Source: Geosiphon pyriformis uo1
Lineage: Eukaryota > Fungi > Glomeromycota
Length of the DNA stretch: 64,000 nt
Direction: 5' to 3'
NCBI GenBank assembly: GCA_016748015.1
Contig: JAAOMT010000226.1
Span: 1,222,604 to 1,286,603, forward strand
Shown here: positions 22,367 to 36,500 of the stretch, piece by piece
Numbering within the stretch: the stretch's first letter is position 1
Layout of the letters: each line of letters begins with the position of its first letter
The notes under the pieces: model-generated
What the model was told of the DNA's origin: nothing
The model's input: the letters and a program-made list of their open reading frames with translations, nothing else
Database searches by the model: none
Translations under genes and position numbers: made by a program

Positions 22367-24240
22367 ATGAGTAATAATGGCGCTTCCGTGTCCTCTTCTG
22401 AGGTTAAAGCAACTTCAACCCATATAGGATCAGAAGAAAGCTCTAATACGCTTGATACTGCTCAAGTTAAAATCACTTCTACTCCCGAATTAAATGAGTC
22501 CGTCAAAGCTTCGATTCCCAATGACTCTTTCAATTCGGAAGAAACAGAAAATCTCCAACTATTGACTGAAGAAGGGAAGAAAGCCTATTCTAAACAGGAG
22601 TTCGAAATAGCAATTTACAAGTTCGGGGAAGCGTCGCGTCTCAGGTATGTAAAAGTAGCCTAACTTTTCTGATGTGTTCTCAGCTTGATTACATCATGAT
22701 AAATCTCAAACATAAATATTATTCCTTAAATCTCCTGAAATTCTCAAGTGAAAAACTTTATGGGGAACAGTCACCACAGTATGCTGATTCTTTGATTTAT
22801 TATGGTCGGGCATTATTCGAAAATGCAATAGCTCAAAGCTCCGTTCTAGGAAATAGTTTCCCCTCAAAAGATCCTGAAACGGATCACGGTAATCTAACTG
22901 GTTTTTAAATTTTAAGGATATCCATCTTTACTTTAATTTCTATTATACTAACACGGTATTACCCATAAAAATGAATAGTAGAAATTCCTTTAAATCCTCC
23001 ACCTGATAACAAGCGATTCTTTTTCGAAGGAGAACCAAACTTCGGTCAAGATGAAGGCGAGGAAATAGAAGTTATAGAAGCACAAGCCGAAGAAGCCGAT
23101 CTGGCTGATCAAGAGACATCTGATCAATTGGATGATTTATGCTATGCTTGGGAGGCACTTGATGCGGCTAGAGTTATTTATTCACGAATTGGCACCGAAG
23201 CAGCCAAAATAATTCTCGGTGACTTATATATAATATTGGGAGATATATCTCTTGAAAATGGTAACATTTATTCAACATATTGCTCTTTCTTGTTTACAAG
23301 TAACAAGTTCTTAACTTAAGTTAAAATACAGAATCGTTTGATAAGGCTGTCGTTGATTTCAAGGAGGGTTTGAATCTAAAACTGGCACAGCTGACAGAAG
23401 ATGATCGACAACTTGCTGAGGCATATCCTTTCTTGAAAAATATTCCTATTATATTACAAAATTCTAGAAACCACGTTTCTATTATGCTTGACTAATCGCA
23501 CTCATTATAAGCTGGCTTTAGGTTTAGAGCTAACCACACAAAACCAAACTCTTGCTGTTGAACATGTCCAAAAAGCGATGGAAGTTCTTAAAAAACATAA
23601 ACTCGTTTTAAATACTTCATTGATCAGTCTCCAAGAAGGAAATTTTGGCAAGGGCAAAGGCTTAGCAACGGCTATTGATGATCCCAACCGCATTGAAAAG
23701 GAATTAAAGGAGATTGACGGGTTCTTGCAAGATATGGAGGCTAAGGTCAAAGACATGGAATCTGGCCACACTTCAAGAAATATAGACGATCAAAACGCTG
23801 TATTCGATGCACTTTTGAAATCTGCCTTTACGACTAATGAAGATTCTTTAATCCAAACGTGTGAGCCCGAACTTGGGGCAAAATCCAAACATATATCTGT
23901 AAATGACCTGACTTCTCTCATTAAGCGGAAGAATTCAAAGATAACGCTCCCAGCTGAAAATAACTCTGAACCTGATTCGAATAACCCTGTTCCTATAATT
24001 GATAATAGTCTTAAACTTACAAATGATTCTGAGCCAGCTAAAAAACTTGAAACGACCCATGATAGCTTATTCTCAATAAAAGATGTTGATCAAGAAAATG
24101 CGCAGTCGTCAACAGTCAACCATCCTGTCACCAATAATACCGTCGATATTAATTCAAATCAAAACAATGAAGGCAAGAAAAGAAAATCAGACAGGGACCG
24201 GGATTACGGAGATAGTATCTCCAAAAAAAGTAGGATATAA
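22367..24240 (+). CDS. NASP: NASP/Sim3/Hif1-family SHNi-TPR histone H3-H4 chaperone; exons 22367-22644, 22749-22888, 22979-23260, 23332-23422, 23502-24240 (509 aa)
   Basis: Spliced frame is continuous (1530 nt). Motifs: EEGKKAYSKQEFEIAI, YYGRALFENAIAQSSVLG, acidic insert, DDLCYAWEALDAARVIY, LGDISLENESFDKAVVDF, RQLAEAHYKLALGLE, VNDLTSLIKRK, basic C-terminal NLS. Confidence 0.9.
23423..23501 (+). other. U12-type AT-AC minor intron (79 nt)
   Basis: 5' site ATATCCTTT; branch-like TGCTTGAC close to the terminal AC; removal gives GC|T CAT TAT AAG = conserved AEAHYKLAL. Confidence 0.9.
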
Positions 24241-24794
24241 GTTGGCAGAACTAAAGAGAGGCAATTCAAATCATGTTTTATGGGAATTTAAAAACTCGTT
24301 TATTTTTTCTTTTTTTCAAATTAATTTTTTCCTTTCCACTTTTTGTTTAATTATTAAACCCTATTACTTTTAGTATCATACATATTTTTCTGTAAATTTT
24401 ACATTACCCCTTTTCACAGCAAAATTCATGAGGATTTTAAAATCATCAACTTTTATAAATTTGATTACATAATAAATTTTTAATAAGTGTAACAAAACAT
24501 TAAAATAAATGTTTTTAAAATAAAAAATATAAAACCAATAAATAAGACAGTTTACATAATAAAATTTTAAAAACTTATATTTACATATAATATTAATATT
24601 TTTATTTATTTATTTATTTTAAATATTAGTTTTTAGTTTTTATTAATGTTTTAAATTATTTTGTTAAATAAATATAGTCTAATTATTATTTTTTTACATA
24701 TAACTTAAATATATTATATATTAATATATAAGTTATGTTTTATTATTATTATTATTATTATTAATTAACATATATTTTAATTATTTTTTAATAT

Positions 24795-27700
24795 TATTTT
24801 TTATTAAAAGATTTATAAGTAAAGCTTAACTGCTATCTAATATATAAATCCAAATTAAGTAGAACAAACTAAATACAGTTTATGTTCTTACTATATGTAA
24901 CCAGTCACTTAAACCAAACAAGACAATATTACACATTTATATAAACAACAACATTTTCATTCAAACTAGAAAAGAAAAAGCACAGTTTGTGCTTACTAAA
25001 ACTAACTGCAAAAGCTTTTACAATACCAAATATTTAAACCATTTCATTTAATAAAATAAATACTATCCTATAAGACAAATCTAAAACCAAATCATTATCT
25101 TTGATCAATCCAGTTTTTTTTATATTTATCTTATGCTTGAATTTTATAAGTTATATCTTAATATAATACAACTTCATCAAATGTCTTACATAATCAATAA
25201 AAACAGAAACAGCTTTTCTCTTTTCATTAAAAACCATAATAGTCTTAACATATTATTCACACAGCACAAATCTTTTATAAATTATAGTATATAAACTCAA
25301 ATTTAAAGAACATAAAAAAGTGTTTGCAAAACAACAAAAGAAGGCAAACAAAAAACATTTACTAATAACACTTATTTTTCAAAAGCCTTAGCCAAAATGT
25401 CTTTTTGGATACCAATATCCTCAGCATAAGTAAAAATATAGTCAGACAATTTCACTTTATTACACAGCAAACACAGTATGCCAGAATATACTTTGTTATA
25501 CAACTTTTTTCTAATCATTACAGATAGTTATCTATGTATAACTTTTATTAAATATGTGTATTAGTTAGCAGATTTTTTACTAATAAACCCAAAAAATATG
25601 TGCAAATTAGAATGCCAGACTCTTGTAATAGCTATTCAATTCACTTTTTTAATCATTGCACTTGAAACCATACTAAAACTAAGACCAGCTTTCTAATAAA
25701 TATAACAAATAGACTTGTACAAATCATAAACAAAAAAATGAGCATTACCAGACACAGTCATTTTATCAGTTATTAAAAACCATTTACAAATTCTTATCAG
25801 CAACAAAAAAGGAGAGTTAGCAGCCTTATCTATCATTGTGTCAATATGAATATTGTCAAAAATACCTGAATGTCTTTTAACTTTCATTTACATAACAGAA
25901 AAATTTTTATTTTTGACCAAATTAACAATATGTTTTTTTTCAATCTAATACTAATTGTGGAAGTCAGATGTAGCAAACAAAATCTCAAATAAACATGTAT
26001 TAATTGCAAATTGGCTATTTAAATATAAAATTACAGCACAAGAAGATAGAATATACTTCAATATTAGCATAATAGCTTGTAATTTAGCTAATGTAAATAA
26101 CACAAGCCCATATACTTTTATGTTGATATTCATATTCAAAACTGAAAAATAAGCAGCCATCTCACTAGTAACCTCAGCAGAACCAACACACTTTAACAAA
26201 TTATCTGTGTAGATTTTAATAAAATTGAACCAAATTTCAAGCAAACTTCTATGTACATTAGAGAACTTTTCAGACATTAAAACATCTAATTTACATGATT
26301 TATGGGCATTAGTAGACCCAACTGCTAAAGAGTCTATTTTACTTAAAAACACAGATGCCAGCTTAAACCAAAAAGACATAAAGCCTCTAAAATCTAATTT
26401 TTTCCACTTTCAAAATGTCTTTTAGTTTATAATATTCTTTTTTTTGTCTAAAAGTTTGTTATTAAAGCAACATTAAATTGCTTTAAAGAAAAACAGAACT
26501 ATAATACAGAGATTTTTCCAAAATGTTAGATATTGAAATCTTACCAGAACTACAAAAAGCACTGGGCAAATTGTTTACTAATAATAAATTATTATTTAAA
26601 AAAATTTTAACCACTATGGCCAAAAAATTGTTTACTAAATTAACACATAATTTAATAAAAAATTGCAAAAAATTCAAAAAAGATCATCCCAAAACCTGCA
26701 AATTTAAGAATTTATACTTAAATAAATGCTTAAAAATACCCAGTGCATTAAAAAAAACAATTAATAAAGCCAATTTTTTTTCAAATTGCACTTGTTTAAA
26801 AGATTTCAAAACATATAAAGATGGATAATACAGAGCTTTACTAGAAAAATTTTATAACAAACCAGCCTTGGCTTTAAGACTTTTTCTAATTATTACATCT
26901 TATTTATAACATATACCTAACAAAACAAAATTAAATTGTAACTAATAGCTAATTATAAATTATAAAACAGCTGACATCAAATAAAAAAACTGTTTATCTA
27001 TAATCACTTTTCTTAATATTATATTGGAAAAAAATCTAATATTTGCATAAGTCTAAGCCAAGCTAGACTTAGAAAGATCTTTAGCCAACAAAAAAATATT
27101 TAAGTATCTGTATAGTTTACTTTTTTTAGCAATTAAAATTAACAGGCCACTGATTATTAATAAAGTATTCTTAATATTCTAATTGATAGAAATAGCCACC
27201 ATTTTTTCATTATTAATTGAAATATTATTAATATTAAAAAATTCATTCACAATATTCAAAATATACTATATAGAAGCTTGGCTACTGCTAATCCAAATTG
27301 TATTATCAACAAAGACACTAGCAGCAAAAAATGAAGTTTTTTTTACTAATAGTCTCAATTCTGTTAGTCTTGGCTACAAACTTAATATTAATTTAATATC
27401 TACACAAATGTTTATGTCTTTTAACTTTACACAAAAACAGATCATAAAAAATTCTCTAAAGAAGAAAAGAAAAAACTTCACTTTAATTCAACTCATTATG
27501 TACCTTGTAACTATTTGAAAGCCCAAAATCAGTCATCATCTTATTAATCTGATCTTTATATATGTTGCCAAAAATTCAATAAACTGACTGTATATCTTAA
27601 TATATTACAAGCTAGCTCTTAGATAATACCACTTTATAGAATTATAAGTCTTTCACATATTCTATAAAACCAATCAAAGCTCCCTATTTTTCTTCAGTGT

Positions 27701-30700
27701 ATCTTTGACCACAGACCCAATAGCAAAAATAAGAGACTGAATTGAGATATTCTTCAACACTAAAAAGTTGTTATCATGAAAAACATTAAATTTGCTGTAT
27801 ACTAAGAATATCCAATCAAAAAAAATCTTGAATAAGATTTTTTTAGCTGTCTTAATTAGTATAATAAGTCGAGTATTTGTCAAAACATTATTCTATTCAT
27901 AAGATTTGGAGATCATAGAAACTCATGCTCTTTTCTAAGGAACTAAAACTATATCCAAAATTAAACACAAATTTAGCAATCTTAAAAAATATTTTAACAT
28001 CTTATTATTACAATGTTTTTAAAGTTTATTAGATATCTCAAACAATACAATAGCCTTGTTATTTGACAAATCATCAACTATTAAAGCTAATTTTTCCAAA
28101 TCAATCTTACTTATTATATCAGAAAAGACACTATTATTAATATAATTCAAAAGCATATATTGGTAAGACCAAAGCTTAGATATTCTTGAAAACATCAATT
28201 ATTTTTTTGTCCATTCTTTTATAATTTCATCAATTTTGAGCTTTATCTCCTTAGATTCTACTATCAATTTATCTCTTATCACCAAGTAATCTAACACAAT
28301 TTTGCAAAAAAGTTATTTTAAAATACTCTTTATTATTCTCTTTTTGTCAAAACAGAAAATTTTCATATGTTGCTCAATTGCCTTCCTAATAGCTGTATTT
28401 TTAGATATTTTTAACTTATAATATTTGGATTGCTAATACTTCTTCTTAACCAGTAACAAATGTTTAATAATGTCAGTTGATCTTATATAATCTTGAATCA
28501 TATTGGCCATCTTAGATGCCTTAATATTATTAACTGACAACTAAACATTAACAAGATGTTTAAACTTCAACAAATTACCAGAACATTATTTTTTATAATC
28601 TTGGCTATAAGCAGTTCTAACTTAAAAAATTTTAATAATAATTTGTTTTTTGCACAATCATATTTACTATACCAATATTTAGAGAACACTACATTAGCAG
28701 ATTGTATTATAGTTTCTTTCAACACATTTCATATTATATCCAAATTACTATAATATTCTGTTTTCTTGAATACATTAAACTCTGTTAATAATCTATTAAA
28801 AGTGTGTTTTCTAAATTTCACCTATTTGATGTTATTAGTATCTTTAATCTTAAACTTCTATCAATTTTAATTAACTTATTTATAGATATTATTAAAACAA
28901 ACATTTAAAAAACCATCCAGACCAATTAAAACTGAGACTATTTTATAATTAGTATTAAAAAATTTTGACACAATATTAATCTTATAACTTGTAATTACAG
29001 ATGCCAGATTTTTATTTACAAATATAAAATGCAACACTTTTTTAACACTTTTGGAATTGCTTTAAGTAAGAGTTTTACCCAAAAAATGCTTATTAAAAAC
29101 ATTAACCAGATTCAAATCCAAATAAAACTTGAAACTTGTATTCTTTTTGAACTTATTCTTATTAAAATTCTTACTTAAAACCATTAAAAAGCTAGAATTA
29201 ACTGTTTTTGAGATAATAAAATTGATAATAGAAGTCTGATTAAACTGTACATTAGTAGACCTTCCAATATATAAACCCAAAATTATAACCAAAAGCTTGT
29301 CTTTAAACAAGAGCCATATAGAAATTAAATAATCTAAAATCTTATTTATCTTAAAAACATAATAAACAAAAGAACTGTTCATAATTATAACAATGCTTAT
29401 ACCAAAAAAACCAACATCCAAACCAAAAGTAAAAATCCAAACTTCATTAAACTTATTTATAATTTATAGTCTAATGTTAGATTTTAATTTAGTTTATGTT
29501 ATAATCAAAATTATATTTTCTAATTCTATATGTCAATAAACAATATCTTTCTGTTTAGCAAGAACATTAAAACTCTAAACATTGTATGTAGCAATCTTCT
29601 AAACCAAATTTGTTATTGAGAAAAATAATATTCTGACCCCAAACAAGATTGTTAACTTTGGCTAAAAGATCTATAATCATATTTAAAAAACTTATTAAGT
29701 TGTCTCCCAATTTAAAAACTATTAAAAAATCTAAAGACACTGCTTTTATATCAGTTTTACTACAAGTGAATAGATTTGAACCCTTACTTATTACTATATT
29801 TGTCTTTTGATTCTGTGACAAAAAGATTACTAATGGCTAATATTCAAGACTAGACTGGAAAACTATTGGTCTAAGTATATCTAATCTCTTAGCCAGCTTG
29901 TTGACTTGCTTTGTAAGACTAACAAAACTGCATTTAAGAGCAGCAAATCTATTGTTTACATTCAAAAAAACCAGCAAGAGTGGTTTAGCATCCAAAAATA
30001 AACCAATACTAAAAAAAACCAAAGATACTACATGAGAAATGGAATCATTAACAATCTGTATTTAAGTTTTTCCACCAAATAAAATGAGATAAGTAATTAG
30101 TGCCTGCTTCTTTTTATATATGTTTGCCAGATAGATTTAATCTTGAAAGGTAACCAACTATTTACTGTGACTGCTCAAATTTCTATCTATTGAATATATA
30201 CTAAAAACATAATCAAAATAAGTGCACTGAGCACAGTAGACCAAAAAAAGACCAGTTCTAGTGCAAATTCACATTCTTAAAAACTGGCATAGAATTAATA
30301 GCAGCCTTTTTAGAAGCCTTATCAGCAAAACAAATTATAGCACATTTATTATGCACATATGAATTTAAATTACAGCCAATAAAACAAGTTTTTTTATCAT
30401 ATAATTTTAGCAAATTAGAAAAATTATAAGCAGTGTTACCAGTAGAATTTTAGCTATTAATTAGCATGAAATTATTCTTATAATTCCTATCAGTAATTAA
30501 AATGTTAATATCAATTCAAATTATCACTTATTATTTAATCAATTTATCACATATTACGATTCAATTAATAATCCAATTAGTACAACAGAAAGTAAGATGA
30601 TCAAATTACACAATACTCTGAACTTTGTAATATTCAAAAATTCGCCAAAATTTATAGAAATTCGCCGAAATTATGAATAGTTCATCCAAATTAATCAATA

Positions 30701-32590
30701 GTTCAGCAAAATAACTTGTAGTTCATCAAAATGTATTTTTAGTTTGCCGAAATTTGAGCAAAGAGAAGAAGTGCAAGTTCATAGACTAGTACTACAACAA
30801 GTTGTATAAAAGAAGAGTTTTTCTCTTCAAGAAAATGTATCTTACTTTAGATTTATCATTTAGAACCATTCCTATACACAAAAAAAGAAATAAATATCAA
30901 ATAATTCGAAAAACCAAATTCTTTAATTATTGCACTTGGAAAATTCTCAAAACCCAATTAACATTTTGAAATTGATTAGCTACTAATTTCAGTAAAACTG
31001 TTAGTGACTCTAGGCCTGGATAGAAAACGTTTCTCTTGACAGAATTCAATTTCTTTTACATTTCTTTTACTTTTCTTTTATTTTCTTATTATAATAATTA
31101 AGATAGCCTACAGATAAGATTTCTGTAGAAGAGTTGACTTTCACAACAAAGTAACTACACATTTTTAGTGAACTTCCAGATGAGCAATTCCTGAGAAAGA
31201 GTTGACATTTACTATAACATAACTACATAAAGTAACTGGCAAGGAATTGGTCATTCCACCTATAAGCCCAGCAGTTCAAATTATAAAAGATAATTTGAAG
31301 ATAAATTCAGTTACTAGAGGTTCAACTACTTCAAGCAAATGTGAATTTGCAACCAACAGACATTTACAACATTCAAGAAAAGAGACCAAAAACCTCTGGT
31401 AACAGCAGTAATACCAATTGACAAAGTATATAGCAAAGTCTAATAAAGATTTTTAGATACCCATGACTGTTTATTATTGATTATCAAAGCCACACACACA
31501 GAATTTTTTTCCATAAAAACTGACCAGTTGAAAACAATTGAGCTAACAACATCTAATAATTTAAATTCAACTAGAATCTTTTGCCAAAAACCAATTAGCT
31601 GTATTTTGATTGAAATAATATTGCCAAATTTAAAAAAGACTAATTCTACTGCCAATTTGAAGAAATTTACAGAGATTTCCTTGATAATAATCTTTTGCTG
31701 TATAGTTGTTTGGTTTTTTAATGTTATTATTAACCAGGATTTTCTTACTAACTGCCAATTTTTTTGTCTTTTTCAAACTCAATTCAGATGTAAAAAAAAA
31801 ATTTGATTATTTCAGAAAGTTTTGAGAAAGTAAAGACTTTTACAAAACCATCCACATAATAAAAATTTTTTTTTACAGCAATTAACTTATTATTATTAGT
31901 TTTGTTGAACACAGCAAACAGCTTAACATCTAATACAAATGATTTAACAGACTCAAAGTTTTACTTTTCCAAAACATGTAACTTAACCAATAGCAACTGC
32001 TTAGAACCAACAAACTTAAAAGATAAAAACACTAAACTATCATCATTATCATTCATATTAACAAATGAAAGTGTCTTTGAAAAATGACCCAATACATATG
32101 TTTAAATATGAATTTTTTTTAATGTAGTTTTGTTTATATTCTTATTACTTACCAAAGTATCTGAATTTGCATAACTTGTTTCCTTAGCATCTGTGTTTTT
32201 CATATTTTCAACATCTGAAAAACCACTAATACTACTTATAACACTATTAACATTGCTTTTTCAGGACACCACTAGCTTAATACCAGCTCCAATAATATTT
32301 TTTAAACTTAAAGGACCAGCAAATGAGTTAATTATACTATTAATTACAAACTTCCTTTAGTTTTTTATAAGATGTACTGCAAAAGTAGACACTTTTTACA
32401 CATTTTTTTTGGCACTTAGACAAATCTCCAAACCAGTTGAACCAAAACCAAAACCATTAGCAAACATGTTTACTGGTTTTATTATAACAAAAAAGGTTGT
32501 ATATGAAAAAATAACTAAAAAAAACAAAGAAAAAAAGAAGAAAAAAAAACTAGTTCTTTAATAAAGCTTTTATTCTCATTATGACCAGGA
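24795..32590 (-). mobile_element. Full-length decayed LINE (ORF1; ORF2 with APE endonuclease, RT, RNase H), split by a family-B solo LTR
   Basis: ORF1 RRM-like FFKFGNIISIKIQLIGFWQKILVEF; endonuclease LGLY..VLSKNFN (decayed GDFN); RT LIILIKTAKKI..FVDNTIW; RNase H IYTDNLL..AKLQAI..VKRHSGI; shared 3' tail at ~24800-24930. Ends approximate. Confidence 0.85.
30434..31404 (+). mobile_element. Family-B solo LTR (971 bp)
   Basis: TGTTACCAG...CTGGTAACA with perfect TSD GCAG/GCAG; reverse-complement homolog of 58715-59685; removal restores the LINE ORF1 frame. Confidence 0.95.
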
Positions 32591-33059
32591 AATTGACAAA
32601 AAAATTTTTATAAGTTAAATTGTATTTAATATAAAATATATATTTTAATATAATAAAATATTTTAAATTAATATACATATTTTTTATATATAATTAAATA
32701 TAAATTCAGTTTAAATTATATTATATTAAAATTATAAAAATAAATTTATTTATTGTAAAAATTTTATGCACAATTATAATTATAATATTACTTTTAAAAA
32801 TTAAATCAGTTAATTATACAGTTATATTTGTATTAAATTTAATATTAAAAATTTAAATCTTTTAAAATATATTAATTTTGTAAAAGTTTTCTTATTTAAA
32901 AAATTTAGGTTCTTATTAAATTTATTATTATTATTATTTATATACTTTACTTTAAAATTAATTATTTTTTTGTTTATTTTACCAACCTATTTTTTAATAA
33001 TACTAATATGTTTTTTAATAACTAGAGTTTTTTTTAATTTTAATATATATATTTTTTTT

Positions 33060-33509
33060 ATTAATATTTTATGAGTAAAATTTAAATACTACTTAACATA
33101 ATATATCAAACTAAATAATTTAAACTAAACACACATCATGTATTTTCTATATATGACCAATTACTTGAACTAATTAAAACAATATTATAAATCTATTTTA
33201 ACAAAGATTACATAATCAATACCAAAAAAAAAACTGTTGAGCTTACAAAAACCAAAACTAATACTATATATATCTTTAATTCTAAGCAACTTAATAATAT
33301 TATCAGAAAACAAAATCAAATAACTATGCACATTTGGAGACACAGAACCATTATGTGCAATCAAACTTTTTTTCTCTATAAATGTTTTATACTTAGCCCT
33401 TATTAATTACACTTTAATTTAATAAACTATTTTCAAATTCCATATTAAATCAATAATTTTTTTGCTGGCAGTCTTGATACAACTAAAAATAGAAACAGTC
33501 TTCAAGTAC
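33060..33509 (-). mobile_element. LINE 3' end fragment interrupted by Gypsy D
   Basis: 33100-33190 is homologous to the LINE 3' tail at 4833-4920. Confidence 0.65.
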
Positions 33510-36500
33510 TATTACAAGTTAGAATAATAAATTAACAGATAACAAAAGAGAACAAGATTGTAAGGTAATAGAAATAATCAAAAAAAGAATTACAATAAAG
33601 AAACAAATTAAATAAGTAAGAATTCAATATATATAATCAGTCTTATAAAAATCACAGTTACAAATTTTTTTTAAAAATCTAAAAATAGAGAAATAATCTA
33701 TGATTTTTAACAAAATAATACTACTGCTATTATTTTATGTCTTAACTTGGCAATTTTTAAAATTAATAACAAGTATTATTGTGCTTTTCAATTGTTTTTT
33801 TATTCAATAAATTACAAGAGCAAATAATTGCTTCTTAGACTAATTCTAACAATACAAATCAAAAATAAAATAAAATAAAATATGTAAATGTTAACAAGTA
33901 ATCTTTTATTTCAAAATATTCAAATACTTAAAAGTAGAAAAAAAAATAAGCAATATAAGAAGAAGTAATTAATAGTAGATTTTTATTTCATTACTTTAAT
34001 CATGTCTTTTTATAGCTAAGAAACTTATTACTTATATAGCTATTAAAAATGGTTAATAATCAGATTAACAACTAAGTTAATGATTAGATTAATGATTACT
34101 ATCTAAAAATAGAATGGCTAATTATATAACATTAGTGGCTAATATATGTAATAACTAATAAAAAGTATGAGTTTTAACCATAATATTATCCTTTTCAAAA
34201 AAATTGAGCTTTGGTAAAATCAAGCTATTTATAGAATAATCTATTTGAAAAGTTTTATCTAGCTTAAAACTAATTAGTTTATTGAAGTTTTTTGTAGATA
34301 AGATATATAATACTTAAAGTAAAATGAGTTTTATATCCAAGAGACCAAATTTTTATATAAGAGTTTTGGTTCTTTTAGCAATAGTCAAAACTCTTGGGAC
34401 ATCTAACTGTATAATGCCCAAAATTTTTACCTATATCTTTGAAGTTGTTTTTTTTATGAGCTTTATATCCTCTATAATTTTACCAAAATGACTATAGAGT
34501 TTTAATTGTTTTCCAGATAACAAGTTTTTGTCTATGAATAAAATTTTCTTAATTGTTTTTCTAATTATAATGGAAAGTAAAAATATTGTGGCTGTTATAC
34601 TTTCCAGCAGATATTTATTTATTTTGCTACCAATTTTTTCTTTTCTGGTAGTGGTTTTTTTTGATCTAATAACAGTATGTGTTTTACTGTTATCAGTTAT
34701 GGTGGTTTGTTTTCCAATAGTCAAAGTAGTATTTAGATAATTTTTAATTCAATACTTATGAAAAATATAGAAGACATTTTGAATGTTTTGATTCAGAAAA
34801 TAATTGTTTATGTCAATTAAAAATATTTTTGTTTTGGAAATAGTGTATTTATTTATATCTAATTTTTGTTAATTATTTGGGTCAGTATTATTATAACAAG
34901 TAACTAATCAGATTATTTGTAATATTTCTTGAGTTGTATATTATGAACAGAGGAATCATTGAAGATTGTTTCATATTGATTTTGTAGAATATAAGAATTA
35001 TTATTCAAAACTTTGTTGACTAAAAAGGGTCTTTTCTACCAGCTAGAAAATTTATTATCATAAATATTGTTTCTGTCTAAGTAATATTCCAAAACTAAGT
35101 TACTAATACTTAAAAAAAGTGTTTTATAAGTTTTTTTCTTTTTAAGCTTTTTTTAGAACTGTTTTATTTTTTCAAAGACAATTATTTATGTTTTATTAAA
35201 GAGTCAAAAATAGTATCAAGTCTTTTTTGCAAAATGTTTTTGTAATTTTCTATTGTGATTTTTTTAAAGGATATTGTCTTAATATTAATTTTTATTAATA
35301 GAATTGCTATTTATCCATAAAACAGATAAAAAAGTTCATAATTTGTTATATTATAATTTACAGTTTTATAAGCAAATAAAGCTGAAAGTAGTATTTTGTC
35401 TTATAAATATGTTTTTTACTGATTTTGGCCAATGTTTTACATAGAGTTCTGTTAAAACATTTTATTGGTCATTTGTTTAAAAGTGGTAAGAAGAAAAAAG
35501 TTTATGATGTATTTTCATTTTTCTACAAAGTTTTTCAATTAGTGTACTAAAAAAAGCTTTTTTTTTATTAGATAAAAGTTCTTTAGGGCAGCTATAGTAA
35601 CAAATGATATCTTTATAAATAAAATTGGCTATTGAGACTGCTGTTTAGTCTGAGATAGCTCTTGCTTTTATCCACTTTGTAAGATAATCAATAGCTGTGA
35701 TAATATATTTGTTGTTATCAGAAATTATTGTTAAAAGTCCAATAACATTTATACCAATTCTATTAAATAATTAACCAATAAAAATAAGATGTATATTTTC
35801 TTTGTAATTGGGTTTTTTTTTCTTTGACAGATATTACAGATTTTTATGTATTTAGCAATGTCTTTTTCTAAAATAAACCAATAATAACAAGCTAAAGTTT
35901 TCTGAATTGTTTTTGTTTTTCTAAAATATCCAACTAATAGATCAGTATACATATTATAAATCACAATTTTTTTTTTCAAATCTTATAATTTTTTGAAAGT
36001 GGTCAAGATTTTTTCTATTTTTTTTATATAGTTGGTTTTGGTAAATCAAATTTTTATTTGATTGTTTGCACAAATGTTCTTTTTGCTGCCAAGTATATTC
36101 TAATGAGCATTGTCTTTTACCCAAAAATTCTATTAAGACAGAGTAGTTGTCCAAGTTTATTATCATGTTTGTTAAAAAAATAATTACTAATAATTAGGTT
36201 AGTTTTGTTTGAGAAAATTGTACTGTTACTAAATAATAAGTTTAAAAAAAGTGTTAGTATTTTAATGATTAGCTCCTTTGCAATATTGAATGTTATAGTC
36301 AAATTTATTCAAGTAGAGTATCCAACAAGTTATTTGTTTGTGTTTCAGCTTTTTTTTATTATACAGCCAAACCAAGACTTAATAATCTGTTATCATTAAG
36401 AATTTTACACCAAAAAGATATTTATCTCAGTAATTAGTAGCCCAAACTACTGCTAAGCATTTTTGCTCAATAACTGAATAGTTTTGTTCTGCTGGTAAGA

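Noticed and set aside
22976-22981. TAGTAG tandem acceptor in NASP intron 2
   Set aside because: A common NAGNAG one-codon ambiguity; cannot be resolved without RNA data.
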